Source: a virus
Lineage: Duplodnaviria; Heunggongvirae; Uroviricota; Caudoviricetes
Direction: 5' to 3' (one strand)
Virus record (IMG/VR): IMGVR_UViG_3300031555_010707
Length of the DNA stretch: 46,294 bases
In this document: positions 1-9,030 of the stretch, in pieces
How the letters are laid out: every line of letters starts with the position of its first letter
Numbering within the stretch: the stretch's first letter is position 1
Position numbers and translations under genes: made by a program
The notes under the pieces: generated by a model
Told to the model about the DNA's origin: nothing
Databases searched by the model: none
What the model saw: the letters and a program-made list of their open reading frames with translations, nothing else

Positions 1-1046
1 AGGTAACAAGGGCGGCGAGTACACGACCAGGGGAGGCTTCACCGCCTAAAGAGACTCTTGACAAACATGTTTGTACGCGGTGCGGTCAGATCTTCAAGAG
101 GCAGAAAAACAATTTCCCCTGTTCTCAAAGTCCTTTGTTCCGAGGAAACGGCGGATACTTGCCTGTATGCAATCGTTGTCTTGACGATCTATTCGAGCAC
201 TACAAATATGTTCTCGGAGACGAGCAGGAAGCCATGCGGAGAATCTGCATGAAATTCGACATTTATTGGCATTCCGAGATTTACGGGATGGTCAGTAAGG
301 CCAATACTTCTGCATCTCGGGTTCGCGGATATATCAGTAAGACGAACCTACTTAAATATGTAGGAAAAACGTATGACGATACGCTTGATGAAGAATCACA
401 GATTGTGCCCATTGGATATACGGCAACTATCGGTGACTTCGATGTGGATCAGCCGGTAGAGTTCGGTAATATCCCTTCTCCTACGGCAGAGGTTATTGAT
501 TTCTGGGGGCCGGGATATACCCCCGAGGTATATTATGATCTTGACCGCCGTTATAAGAAATGGACAAGCGGTAAAGAAGATGCAATTGACGAGAGTAGTG
601 CGGCTCTGTATAAACAGGTCTGCCTGTGTGAAGTAAATATTGCAAGAAATATGGCTGCAGGCAAGCCCATCGAGGCAGCACAGAAATCCATGGGCGAGTT
701 GCTCGGAAGTCTTAATGTGAAGCCCATTCAGAAAAAGCAGGATGAAGCGGCGAATGAATCATTTGATAATTTGCCCTTTGGTCTGGGCATTAAGATGTGC
801 GAGAATATGAGGCCAATCCCCAAGCCCGATCCACGGTTCGACGACGTGGACGGAATTGTGAGATATATTTCGATTTGGTTCCTCGGGCATCTTTGCAAGA
901 TGCTTGGTATCCGTAATACATACTGCAAATTGTATGAAGACGAGATTGCCCGATTGCGGATAGAGCGCCCAGAACTCGAATCCGAAGATGACGAAAGCGT
1001 CTTTAATGACATCTTTGGAGATGATATTCGTGAAGACGGCAGCTAA
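1..1046 (+). CDS. Conserved phage protein upstream of terminase, 5'-truncated by the window; N-terminal Zn-finger; possible terminase small subunit
   Basis: The frame of ORF 135..1046 is open from base 3 and reads ...KHVCTRCGQIFKRQKNNFPCSQSPLFRGNGGYLPVCNRC (two CxxC pairs); its stop overlaps the terminase start. Confidence 0.6.
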   Translation, partial: VTRAASTRPGEASPPKETLDKHVCTRCGQIFKRQKNNFPCSQSPLFRGNGGYLPVCNRCLDDLFEHYKYVLGDEQEAMRRICMKFDIYWHSEIYGMVSKANTSASRVRGYISKTNLLKYVGKTYDDTLDEESQIVPIGYTATIGDFDVDQPVEFGNIPSPTAEVIDFWGPGYTPEVYYDLDRRYKKWTSGKEDAIDESSAALYKQVCLCEVNIARNMAAGKPIEAAQKSMGELLGSLNVKPIQKKQDEAANESFDNLPFGLGIKMCENMRPIPKPDPRFDDVDGIVRYISIWFLGHLCKMLGIRNTYCKLYEDEIARLRIERPELESEDDESVFNDIFGDDIREDGS

Positions 1047-1248
1047 AACCGTAAGACTGCACGAGGGCGCGAAGAACGAGCATCAAGAACGGGTTCTTGA
1101 AGGCGTTGCAATTTGGGCGTCTTATTATCGTGCAAACATCCACAGGTTCGTCGAAGATTATTTCCATATCCAATTGAAACTATTTCAAATATTCCTGCTG
1201 TACATGATGAATGTGTGCAGCACGTTTGTGTTCATTGCGTGCAGAGGT
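1030..1248 (+). CDS. terL: Terminase large subunit, exon 1 (start GTG 1030 or ATG 1021)
   Basis: GGAG at 1017-1020; exon ends FVFIACRG (GGT 1246-1248), the first half of a Walker A motif completed by LGKS in exon 2. Confidence 0.85.
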
Positions 1249-1295
1249 CGATATAGTAATCGCGCAAAAGGGTTTGGCGGATAGACACCGCCCGC

Positions 1296-1314
1296 CCTCC
1301 TAACTTAAGGAGGG
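1296..1314 (+). promoter_or_regulatory. Hairpin sequestering the Shine-Dalgarno of the homing endonuclease
   Basis: CCCTCCT-aactta-AGGAGGG: the AAGGAGG SD forms the 3' arm of a 7-bp stem. Confidence 0.65.
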
Positions 1315-1320
1315 ATTTAT

Positions 1321-2157
1321 ATTAAAAGTGGTAGAAAGAGTATTTTTTCATTAGCGGAACAAGAATACATTCGTAGCAACTATCTTAATATGCCGTATAG
1401 CGACATCGCAGATATACTTGGATTCACCGAGCGTCAAATACGGGGGTGGATAAATAACCATTGCTGCAAAAAGAACAGGGTGTTCAACGCAAATTATTTT
1501 GACTGCATCGACTCTCCTGTAAAGGCATACTTCCTCGGTCTGATATATGCAGATGGCTGGATTTCTGCTCATAAAAGAAAAGAAACAGGTACTTATGCGT
1601 ATGAATTCGGAATTCAGCTGCAAAGAAATGATCGGTATTTGCTCGATTTGCTCAACTCCGAATTAGGAGGAGTTCACAAAATTGAAGACACTGAAGCCAA
1701 TTTTGTTATTGCAGACAATAAATATCCGAGTCATGTCCTATCGTCTGTTCTGCGAATTTATTCTAAGCGGCTTGTCATGTCATTGATGAATCACCATATC
1801 ACTACGGACAAGACTTATTCCAATCTGTTTCCAGTAGTGGATGACAGTCTGTTCATATATTTCATAAAAGGTTATTTTGATGGCGATGGATGCGTATCTG
1901 CAAATAAATATGGAAAGCCTGTAATTCATTTTACTGCGTTTGGAGATGAGTTTCTTCTTTATGTTCAGAAGAAGCTCGACGAATTGTACAATATAAAATC
2001 ATCAATTTACGCTGAAAATGACAGAAAACATAGGCTTATGATTTTCAGAAATGACGACGTATGCAGGTTCTATGATGTACTATACGCCGATAACTGTAAT
2101 GTGCAACTAAAGAGAAAATACGATAAATACTCAACCCTACTTGGCCTCTCCGCTTAG
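1321..2157 (+). CDS. Intron-encoded double-motif LAGLIDADG homing endonuclease with N-terminal HTH-like region (ATT 1321 likely start; first ATG at 1390)
   Basis: Motifs YFLGLIYADG and FIKGYFDGDG; frame open from 1309 after an in-frame TAA at 1306; SD at 1307-1313. Confidence 0.88.
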   Translation: MKSGRKSIFSLAEQEYIRSNYLNMPYSDIADILGFTERQIRGWINNHCCKKNRVFNANYFDCIDSPVKAYFLGLIYADGWISAHKRKETGTYAYEFGIQLQRNDRYLLDLLNSELGGVHKIEDTEANFVIADNKYPSHVLSSVLRIYSKRLVMSLMNHHITTDKTYSNLFPVVDDSLFIYFIKGYFDGDGCVSANKYGKPVIHFTAFGDEFLLYVQKKLDELYNIKSSIYAENDRKHRLMIFRNDDVCRFYDVLYADNCNVQLKRKYDKYSTLLGLSA

Positions 2158-2388
2158 TAATAAGCGGTTTAGAAGCGGGCAAAATCGGTGGAGCCTAAGT
2201 GTAGTCCATATGGTAATACCGAGGTAAACGGAGATCACCGTCACTGTAACGCATAGCTGGTGAGCATTAGGAGAGCAATAATCCAGCCACGAGTGCCCGC
2301 CTTCCTATATAATAGGAAGAAAATGTATGCTGATCTTGTGGGAAACCATAAGAGCCGAGAGATAAAAAACTCTCGGGATAACATAATG

Positions 2389-3969
2389 CTTGGTAAGTCA
2401 TATCTCAGCGCTGTATTCTGCTGTGCAAGATGTATCCTCTATCCAGGAACTCACATCTGCATTGCTTCCGGAACGAGAGGTCAGAGTATCAACGTGCTTG
2501 AGAAGATTATGACTGAATTGAAGGACGAGTCCCCAGAGCTTAATAGCGAAATAGACTGGAACAACACGTCCATCAACAACACAAACGCCAAGGTAACTTT
2601 CCGTAACGGCTCGTTTATTAAAGTCGTAACTGCAAGCGACTCATCTCGTGGTAATCGTGCAAACGTATTGCTGATCGATGAGTTCCGTATGGTTAAGAAG
2701 GATGTCATTGACACCATTCTCAGAAAGTTCCTGTCGGGCGGTATGAGACGCCCGGGATATTTGAAGAATCCTCAGTATAAGCACTTGAAAGAGCACTCGA
2801 AGACGCTATATTTGTCAAGTGCTTTCTATAAGGATCATTGGTCGTATACGAGATGCAAAGATAGCTGCCGCTTTATGTTGGATGAAACGAAGAGCAGCTT
2901 TGTTTGCGGATTTCCATATCAGCTTTCCGTACAGGAAGGGCTACTGCTGGAAGAGGATGTCATTGAGGAAATGTCCGAATCGGACTTCAATGAGATTAAA
3001 TGGGCTATGGAGATGTGTGCCGAGTTCTGGGGAGATACCGAGGGTTCCTTCTTTGGGTTTGAGGCTGTGTCCAAGAACCGAAAGATTGAGTATCCGATGT
3101 TCCCAGAGGAGATTTCTTCCAAATTGCCCTCCGCCAGCAAAATCAAGATACAGCCAAAGCAACCAGGCGAAAAAAGAATACTATCTGCCGATATTGCGCT
3201 TATGGCTTCAACAAAACATAAGAACGACGCTTCCGCAATCTTCGTTAACCAGCTCATGCCTACCAAGGCTGGTAAGTACACAAACAATATTGTGTACACC
3301 GAGAGCAATGAAGGTATGCACACCGAAGACGAAGCACTAAGAATTCGCAAACTGTTTGATGAATTTGATTGCGATTATATCGTATTGGATACTCGAAACG
3401 TCGGTCTGAGTATATATGACGTACTTGCCAGAGATTTGGCTGACCCTGATACGGGCGAGGTTTACCCTGCCCTGTCTTGCTGCAATAATGCAGATTTGGC
3501 ATCCAGATGTACGTCATATGGAGCTGCAAAAGTTATTTGGTCGGTCAATGGTTCTGCGAAGTTCAACAATGACTGCGCCATTGCTTTGAGAGAAGGCTTC
3601 AGAACTGGCAAGATTCGTTTGCTTACTACTGAGTATGACGGAGAAGGCGCACTGGCGGCTTTGAAGGGCTTCAACAATCTGAGCCTTTCAGATCGTTCAA
3701 TGATGCTTACCCCATATGTCAATACAACACTGTTGATCGGTGAATTGATTAACCTAAAGCACGACAGTAGTGGCGGTACGATGAAGCTGAGTGAAAAGAG
3801 TGGTTCAAGAAAGGATAGATATTCCAGCTTGAGCTATAACTACTGGGTTTCTATTCAGCTTGAAAATGAAATGCGCAAGAATGCAAACAGATCGTCCGAT
3901 TCGTTGGGTGAAGTGTTTGTTGTTCGTGCGCCTAAAGACAAATTGCGAGAAAGGAGAGGTCGCCGATAA
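2389..3969 (+). CDS. terL: Terminase large subunit, exon 2 (spliced protein about 599 aa)
   Basis: LGKS completes Walker A; Walker B VLLIDEF; coupling motif YLSSA; RNase H-like nuclease motif LSADIA. Confidence 0.9.
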   Translation, partial: LGKSYLSAVFCCARCILYPGTHICIASGTRGQSINVLEKIMTELKDESPELNSEIDWNNTSINNTNAKVTFRNGSFIKVVTASDSSRGNRANVLLIDEFRMVKKDVIDTILRKFLSGGMRRPGYLKNPQYKHLKEHSKTLYLSSAFYKDHWSYTRCKDSCRFMLDETKSSFVCGFPYQLSVQEGLLLEEDVIEEMSESDFNEIKWAMEMCAEFWGDTEGSFFGFEAVSKNRKIEYPMFPEEISSKLPSASKIKIQPKQPGEKRILSADIALMASTKHKNDASAIFVNQLMPTKAGKYTNNIVYTESNEGMHTEDEALRIRKLFDEFDCDYIVLDTRNVGLSIYDVLARDLADPDTGEVYPALSCCNNADLASRCTSYGAAKVIWSVNGSAKFNNDCAIALREGFRTGKIRLLTTEYDGEGALAALKGFNNLSLSDRSMMLTPYVNTTLLIGELINLKHDSSGGTMKLSEKSGSRKDRYSSLSYNYWVSIQLENEMRKNANRSSDSLGEVFVVRAPKDKLRERRGRR

Positions 3970-5486
3970 TGGCAAGAAAAATTACGGCTATACAGGATTT
4001 TTCTGAGAACAATCGCCGCGATGTCGGCGTATCATCAGAGTTTCCTTTCGCAGCAAGGGTTCCTGAACGATTTGCCACAATCAATAAATTGATCCTGCGG
4101 GATCTGAATGGAACGAATACGTCTCCGACTTTCTACTTGTATACTAAGGATGAGATTGCTTCTTATCTGAAGAATCCATATCAGTATGAGAAGAATCTGC
4201 GCAATGCTGTTATTTATCTGTATGGCGCGAGTTCTCATTTTAGGAGACTGATTCAATACTTTGTTTCCCTGACGGATCTTTCTTATGTTGTTTCCCCATT
4301 CCGTATTGATACTGCTACTGCAAAGCCGCAAACAATCAAGAGGAATTATAGAAGAGTTCTCAATCTCCTGTCTTCGATGGACATTAAGAATCAATTTGAA
4401 AAGATTCTGACTGTCTGTCTGAGAGAGGACATTTTTTATGGAACGATTTGGGAGACTTCGGATAGTATTATCATTCAGCAGTTGCCATCCGACTATTGCG
4501 CTGTTTCCGTAATTGAAGACAATGTGCTGAACGTATCCTTTGACTTTTCTTATTTCAGATCATATCCTGACAATCTTCCTTTATATCCTCCTGAGTTTCA
4601 AACGAAATTCAACTTGTATGAAAAGGACGTTGCCAAGATGAGATGGCAGGAGCTTGATTCCCCCACGTCGTTTGCTATCAAGTGTAACAAAGACATTCTG
4701 AATTACTCTATGCCTCCGTTCGCCGGAATCCTGCGCGAGATATACGATCTGGAAGATTATAAGCAACTCAAGCTCACCAAGACAGAACTTGAAAACTATG
4801 CGCTGCTGGTTATGACGCTGGGGATTGACGCAGACGGCAACTGGCAAATGGATTTGACAAAGGCTCAGGAATTCTATCACAATCTCGATGACATTGTGCC
4901 GGAAGAAATCGGCACTGTCCTCTCACCCATGCCTATCAATAAGATTAGCTTTGAACGCAATCATGCCGGCGATACAAATACGATTGCTGATGCAACATCG
5001 AATTTGTTCAAAGCAGCCGGCGTATCGGAACTTATGTTCAATAGCGACAAGGCATCTTCTAATGCTCTGCTTCTGTCCATCAAAGCCGACCAGGCTATGA
5101 CATACAGTATCGTGAAGAGCATCGAATGCATGGTGAACCGTTTTGTCAAGCGACATAGCTTTGGCAAATATTTCAAAGTTACTTTCCTTGATTGCAGCCC
5201 ATTTAATAGGAAGGAAGTCGGAGATCAATACCTGAAGGCTTGTCAGTACGGAATGCCTATGGTGTCCTATTATTGCGCATCTCAGGGCTTGCTTCAGGAT
5301 GAAATGGACTGTATGAACTTCCTCGAAGACACTGTTCTCGGTATCAAGGGTCGCTTTATGCCCTTGCAGAGTTCTTCTACTCAAGCAGCAACAAGTGATA
5401 CTGATGGTGAGGTTGGTAGACCTACAAGCGAGATCGACGAACTGTCTGATAATGGAGAGAAGTCGCAGGAAAGGGATGAAGAATAA
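3969..5486 (+). CDS. Portal protein
   Basis: 505 aa, overlaps terL stop, canonical position, acidic C-terminal tail. Confidence 0.75.
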   Translation: MARKITAIQDFSENNRRDVGVSSEFPFAARVPERFATINKLILRDLNGTNTSPTFYLYTKDEIASYLKNPYQYEKNLRNAVIYLYGASSHFRRLIQYFVSLTDLSYVVSPFRIDTATAKPQTIKRNYRRVLNLLSSMDIKNQFEKILTVCLREDIFYGTIWETSDSIIIQQLPSDYCAVSVIEDNVLNVSFDFSYFRSYPDNLPLYPPEFQTKFNLYEKDVAKMRWQELDSPTSFAIKCNKDILNYSMPPFAGILREIYDLEDYKQLKLTKTELENYALLVMTLGIDADGNWQMDLTKAQEFYHNLDDIVPEEIGTVLSPMPINKISFERNHAGDTNTIADATSNLFKAAGVSELMFNSDKASSNALLLSIKADQAMTYSIVKSIECMVNRFVKRHSFGKYFKVTFLDCSPFNRKEVGDQYLKACQYGMPMVSYYCASQGLLQDEMDCMNFLEDTVLGIKGRFMPLQSSSTQAATSDTDGEVGRPTSEIDELSDNGEKSQERDEE

Positions 5487-5673
5487 TATGAAATTTATCT
5501 ACGTTATGGACAAAAAGGCCAAGAAAGAACTGCTTAAAAAAGGCTTTACTCTGTTGAAAGAGGATGAAGCAAACAGTATCTGGGTATTTGAAAACAAATA
5601 CGTCAACGATGAGGCTTGCTTTAATCTGGATGTGGAGTGTTTCCATGTTCTTTCAGATGTCCTGACATTCTGA
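5476..5673 (+). CDS. Small hypothetical phage protein
   Basis: ATG 5476 (or 5488) after a purine-rich RBS within ORF 5395..5673; fills the gap between portal and the next gene. Confidence 0.55.
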   Translation: MKNNMKFIYVMDKKAKKELLKKGFTLLKEDEANSIWVFENKYVNDEACFNLDVECFHVLSDVLTF

Positions 5674-5674
5674 C

Positions 5675-5696
5675 GCGCCGTAACAGGCGCTTTTAT
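5675..5696 (+). terminator. Putative intrinsic terminator
   Basis: GCGCC-gtaaca-GGCGC followed by TTTT. Confidence 0.4.
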
Positions 5697-5720
5697 TATG
5701 CTCGAAAGGAGGTGGAGGCA

Positions 5721-7391
5721 ATGATGAAAGATGCTACACAAAATGAGAGCTGCAATGTGGTTTTTGAATCATCAATTGCTGATTGGACGGAAGTGAATTC
5801 TTCTTTTGACAGAGGAATTTTGCGAATTGCTTATCACGGCAAGAACAGAAACAAAATGTTCATCAGCAAAAAGGCATTCAATGATGCAATAAAATCAGTA
5901 TTTAATTGCCCTGTTGTTTGCAATTACATCCGCGAGACTGACTCTGTGGGTGCGCATGATGTCGATATTGTCAAGAAAGACGGAGAAGTGCGCATGGTGA
6001 ATATCACCACCCCTGTTGGCGTTGTGCCTGAGAGTGCTAATGTGTGGTGGACTGAAGTAACGGAAGCGAATGGCGAAGTGCATGAGTATCTTTGCACGGA
6101 CATTCTGATTTGGAAACGACAGGAAGCCTATGAGCACCTTAAGGAAAATGGCATTACAGATGAGTCTATGGAAATCCGCATTATCAGCGGAAATAAAAAG
6201 GATGATGGATTGTACCATATTGACAAGTTCGAATTTCTTGCCTTTTGCCTGCTTGAAAGTGCTCCCCCTTGCTTTGAGTCTGCCAGCATTGAGCTGTTTA
6301 CTTTGAATGACTTCAAGACCAAATATGCCCAGATGATGGAGGATGTGAAGCGAGAATTCACTACAGTCATTACTGCTTCGGCAGATGACATACATACACA
6401 ATCTTGCTCGAAAGGAGGAACATGTGAGTTGGATGTAAATGAGCTGATGACCAAATACAGCCTTTCTGCCGAAGATATTACCTTTGATACAACTGATATG
6501 CCGATTGAAGAGATCGAGCGTAAGTTTGCTGAGATCAAAGCCGCTAAGGACGGCACTGCCGCCTTTGATGAAGAAGATACCGGCGAAGAGGCCACTGGGG
6601 ATGAGGCTGCGGCTGATGCTACCAGCGAAGGCGGAGATGAAGATAATCCCGAAGATGGATCTGATGAATCTGAGACGCCGGACGAAGATGAGCATCAGGA
6701 TGATGACGATGATGATCCTATGAAAAAGAAGCAGGATTATTCTCTCACTGCCAGCCAGTTCATGAGCGAGCTTTACGATGCGCTTGATGCCGTAAGATAC
6801 AACGATCCTTACTGGGGAGATGTATGCAAGTATTGTTTCCTTGATTATGATGCGACGCTGAATGAAGTGTACGTTATCGACATGGAAGATTACAAGCTGT
6901 ACGGTATGCCATTCAGCATGAATGGAGACAAAGTTGTTGTTGACTTTGCTCAGTGCAAGCGTAAGAAGACTTGCTATGTTGATTTCGACGAAGGCGAAGC
7001 CGCTTTTGCCGAGAACAAGGCTTTTGCCAATCTGATTCCCAAGCTCCATGAAAAGTTCAAAGCACTGGACGAAGAGCTGAAGACACTCAGAACTTTCAAA
7101 GAAAAGATCGACGAACAAGCCCGCAAGGATGAAGCGAATAGCGTTTTCGCAAAATTCTCTGACCTTACAGGGAATGCGGACTTTGAGGCACTGCAGGAAA
7201 ATTACGGTGATATGACCGCAAGCCAAATCGAAGAGAAATGCTTTGCAATTCGTGGCCGCAGTATGTCCACGAATTTTTCTTTGGGTTCACAAACCAAACC
7301 GATTCGTCTGCCTATTGAAACGCAGACAAGAAAAGATGCCGACGAACCATATGGCGGAATTTTCGCTAAGTACGGAATCGGCAACAGATAA
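5721..7391 (+). CDS. Prohead protease/scaffold-like head protein
   Basis: AAGGAGGTGGAGG RBS before ATG 5721; N-terminal globular domain, long acidic linker, coiled C-terminus; lies between portal and capsid. Confidence 0.6.
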   Translation: MMKDATQNESCNVVFESSIADWTEVNSSFDRGILRIAYHGKNRNKMFISKKAFNDAIKSVFNCPVVCNYIRETDSVGAHDVDIVKKDGEVRMVNITTPVGVVPESANVWWTEVTEANGEVHEYLCTDILIWKRQEAYEHLKENGITDESMEIRIISGNKKDDGLYHIDKFEFLAFCLLESAPPCFESASIELFTLNDFKTKYAQMMEDVKREFTTVITASADDIHTQSCSKGGTCELDVNELMTKYSLSAEDITFDTTDMPIEEIERKFAEIKAAKDGTAAFDEEDTGEEATGDEAAADATSEGGDEDNPEDGSDESETPDEDEHQDDDDDDPMKKKQDYSLTASQFMSELYDALDAVRYNDPYWGDVCKYCFLDYDATLNEVYVIDMEDYKLYGMPFSMNGDKVVVDFAQCKRKKTCYVDFDEGEAAFAENKAFANLIPKLHEKFKALDEELKTLRTFKEKIDEQARKDEANSVFAKFSDLTGNADFEALQENYGDMTASQIEEKCFAIRGRSMSTNFSLGSQTKPIRLPIETQTRKDADEPYGGIFAKYGIGNR

Positions 7392-7409
7392 CAATGGAGG
7401 TATACAAAT

Positions 7410-7922
7410 ATGGCTAATGTAAAGCATGGTGTGATTCGCACCGACCGTATGTACGGTACTGACGTTGGCGCCAATCTGGTTTCCGTGAAATATATGGGCG
7501 CTGGCACTACCGAGACGGCCATTGATAATGGTTGTGTCGTTGCGCTGGACGGCCTGATGGCTGGTCAGCGTGAAATTTATAAGGGCGTCACTCCCGCCGC
7601 CAATACTGCGCTGGGCAAGATCGCTCTGATTGCCACCCCCGAGGTGATGTACGACGAGCGCAAAAAGAACCTGGAGGATTACGAGAATGAAGCTGGCGTT
7701 ACTTGCCGTGGCTACATTCTGCACTCCAATGACATTTTCAGCGTGACCGCTGAGGCTCTGGCTGCCGCTGCAGAGATTGCTGTTGGCAACATTGTTGAGG
7801 TTCAGGCTGGTGTCAAGCTGAAGGTCGTTGCTTCTGCTACTTCTGGCTCTACCGCCGTTGGCAAGGTTATTGCCATTGAGAAGGCCGGCAGATATACCTA
7901 TTACGTCATCCAGGTTGACTAA
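7410..7922 (+). CDS. Head decoration/capsid-associated protein
   Basis: 170 aa, GGAGG RBS, strongly biased codon use, immediately upstream of the capsid gene. Confidence 0.5.
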   Translation: MANVKHGVIRTDRMYGTDVGANLVSVKYMGAGTTETAIDNGCVVALDGLMAGQREIYKGVTPAANTALGKIALIATPEVMYDERKKNLEDYENEAGVTCRGYILHSNDIFSVTAEALAAAAEIAVGNIVEVQAGVKLKVVASATSGSTAVGKVIAIEKAGRYTYYVIQVD

Positions 7923-7954
7923 TGGGCGCAAATCATAAAAGGAGGTAAACAACT

Positions 7955-8965
7955 ATGGTTAATGATATTGTTCAGGTTGCCGTTGATGCTTATCATGGCA
8001 ATGTGACTAAATATTCCGTTGGCGACTCCATGCAGCTGCTTCAGAAGGCACTGGTTGAGGCTAACGGTGGCAGCACTAAGCTGAACTACAAGGCCATCCG
8101 TGATGGCAAGTGCGTGGGTCTGTTTGCTCTGGTTGAAGAGATGCTGATGCGCACCGTAATCGAAGGTCTGCAGGGTGATGAATATTTCAACTCTCTGGTG
8201 GACTTCCGAAATGTCGCACTGGGCGACAAGAACCTGTTCGAAATCGAAGACGGCGACCTGCTGTTCGATGTCGCTGACGCCGCTGAGGGTACTCAGGCTA
8301 TTCGTCGTCAGAGACTCGGCGGAGTGAGCGAAACGTCCATCAACACCCAGTTCAAGGTGGTTAAGATCTATGAAGAGCTGAACCGCGTTCTGTCTGGTCA
8401 GGTGGACTTCAATCGCTTTATCGCAAAGGTTTCTGAGTCTTTCCGCCAGAAGCTGCTCAATGACATCTATGGCCTGTGGAGCAATGCAAGCGCTGCTGAC
8501 TTTGGTGGCGATGCTTATTTCACCGCTGGCACCTACGATGAGGACGAGCTGCTTGAGCTGATCTCTCACGTTGAGGCAGCTGCTAATGGTCGCAAGGCTA
8601 CCATTATCGGCACCAAGGTGGGTCTGCGCAATCTGGCTCCTTCTATCCAGGGCACTGAGTCCAAGTCTGACCTGTACAACATGGGCTACTACGGCAAGTT
8701 CTACGGCACTGATGTCGTGGCTATTCCTCAGCGTCATAAGATCGGCTCTACTGAGTTTGTGCATGATGATAAGTTGCTGACCATCGTTGCCGGTGGCGAC
8801 AAGCCCATCAAGTGCGTGTACGAAGGTCAGTCCACCATTATCCCTGGTGAACTGTTCAAGAACCAAGACCTGACTCAGGATTACCTGTACGGCGAGAAGT
8901 ACGGCATGGGTATTATCCTGGCTGGCGGCAACGCTGGTATTGGTCGCTACAAGATGACTGCCTAA
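7955..8965 (+). CDS. Major capsid protein
   Basis: 336 aa, AAGGAGGT RBS, highly biased codons, followed by a terminator; synteny. Confidence 0.75.
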   Translation: MVNDIVQVAVDAYHGNVTKYSVGDSMQLLQKALVEANGGSTKLNYKAIRDGKCVGLFALVEEMLMRTVIEGLQGDEYFNSLVDFRNVALGDKNLFEIEDGDLLFDVADAAEGTQAIRRQRLGGVSETSINTQFKVVKIYEELNRVLSGQVDFNRFIAKVSESFRQKLLNDIYGLWSNASAADFGGDAYFTAGTYDEDELLELISHVEAAANGRKATIIGTKVGLRNLAPSIQGTESKSDLYNMGYYGKFYGTDVVAIPQRHKIGSTEFVHDDKLLTIVAGGDKPIKCVYEGQSTIIPGELFKNQDLTQDYLYGEKYGMGIILAGGNAGIGRYKMTA

Positions 8966-8975
8966 TGTAACAACG

Positions 8976-9012
8976 GCGGGCTGGAAGAGATAAACTTCTG
9001 GCCCGCTTTTTT
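8976..9012 (+). terminator. Intrinsic terminator after capsid gene
   Basis: GCGGGC-tg-GAAG...CTTC-tg-GCCCGC followed by TTTTTT. Confidence 0.65.
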
Positions 9013-9030
9013 GAATGAAAGGAATGTAAT

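Larger units (their letters stand above)
1249..2388 (+). mobile_element. Self-splicing group I intron (IA-like, has a P7.1-type extension) carrying a homing endonuclease
   Basis: Exon ends in U (1248) and intron ends in G (2388); removal restores the in-frame ACRG|LGKS. P1: AGAGGU 1243-1248 pairs with GCCUCU 2144-2149. P3: GCGGGCA ~2175-2181 with UGCCCGC 2294-2300. P7: ACGCAUA 2249-2255 with UAUGCU 2326-2331. P8 hairpin 2301-2319; P9 hairpins ~2335-2377. Confidence 0.92.

Noticed and set aside
988-1284. 98-aa ORF as an independent gene
   Set aside because: It is terL exon 1 reading into the intron; the residues after ACRG are intron sequence
2260-2388. N-terminal extension of the 569-aa ORF (MSIRRAII...)
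   Set aside because: Encoded by the intron core (P7-P9); the real exon starts at 2389
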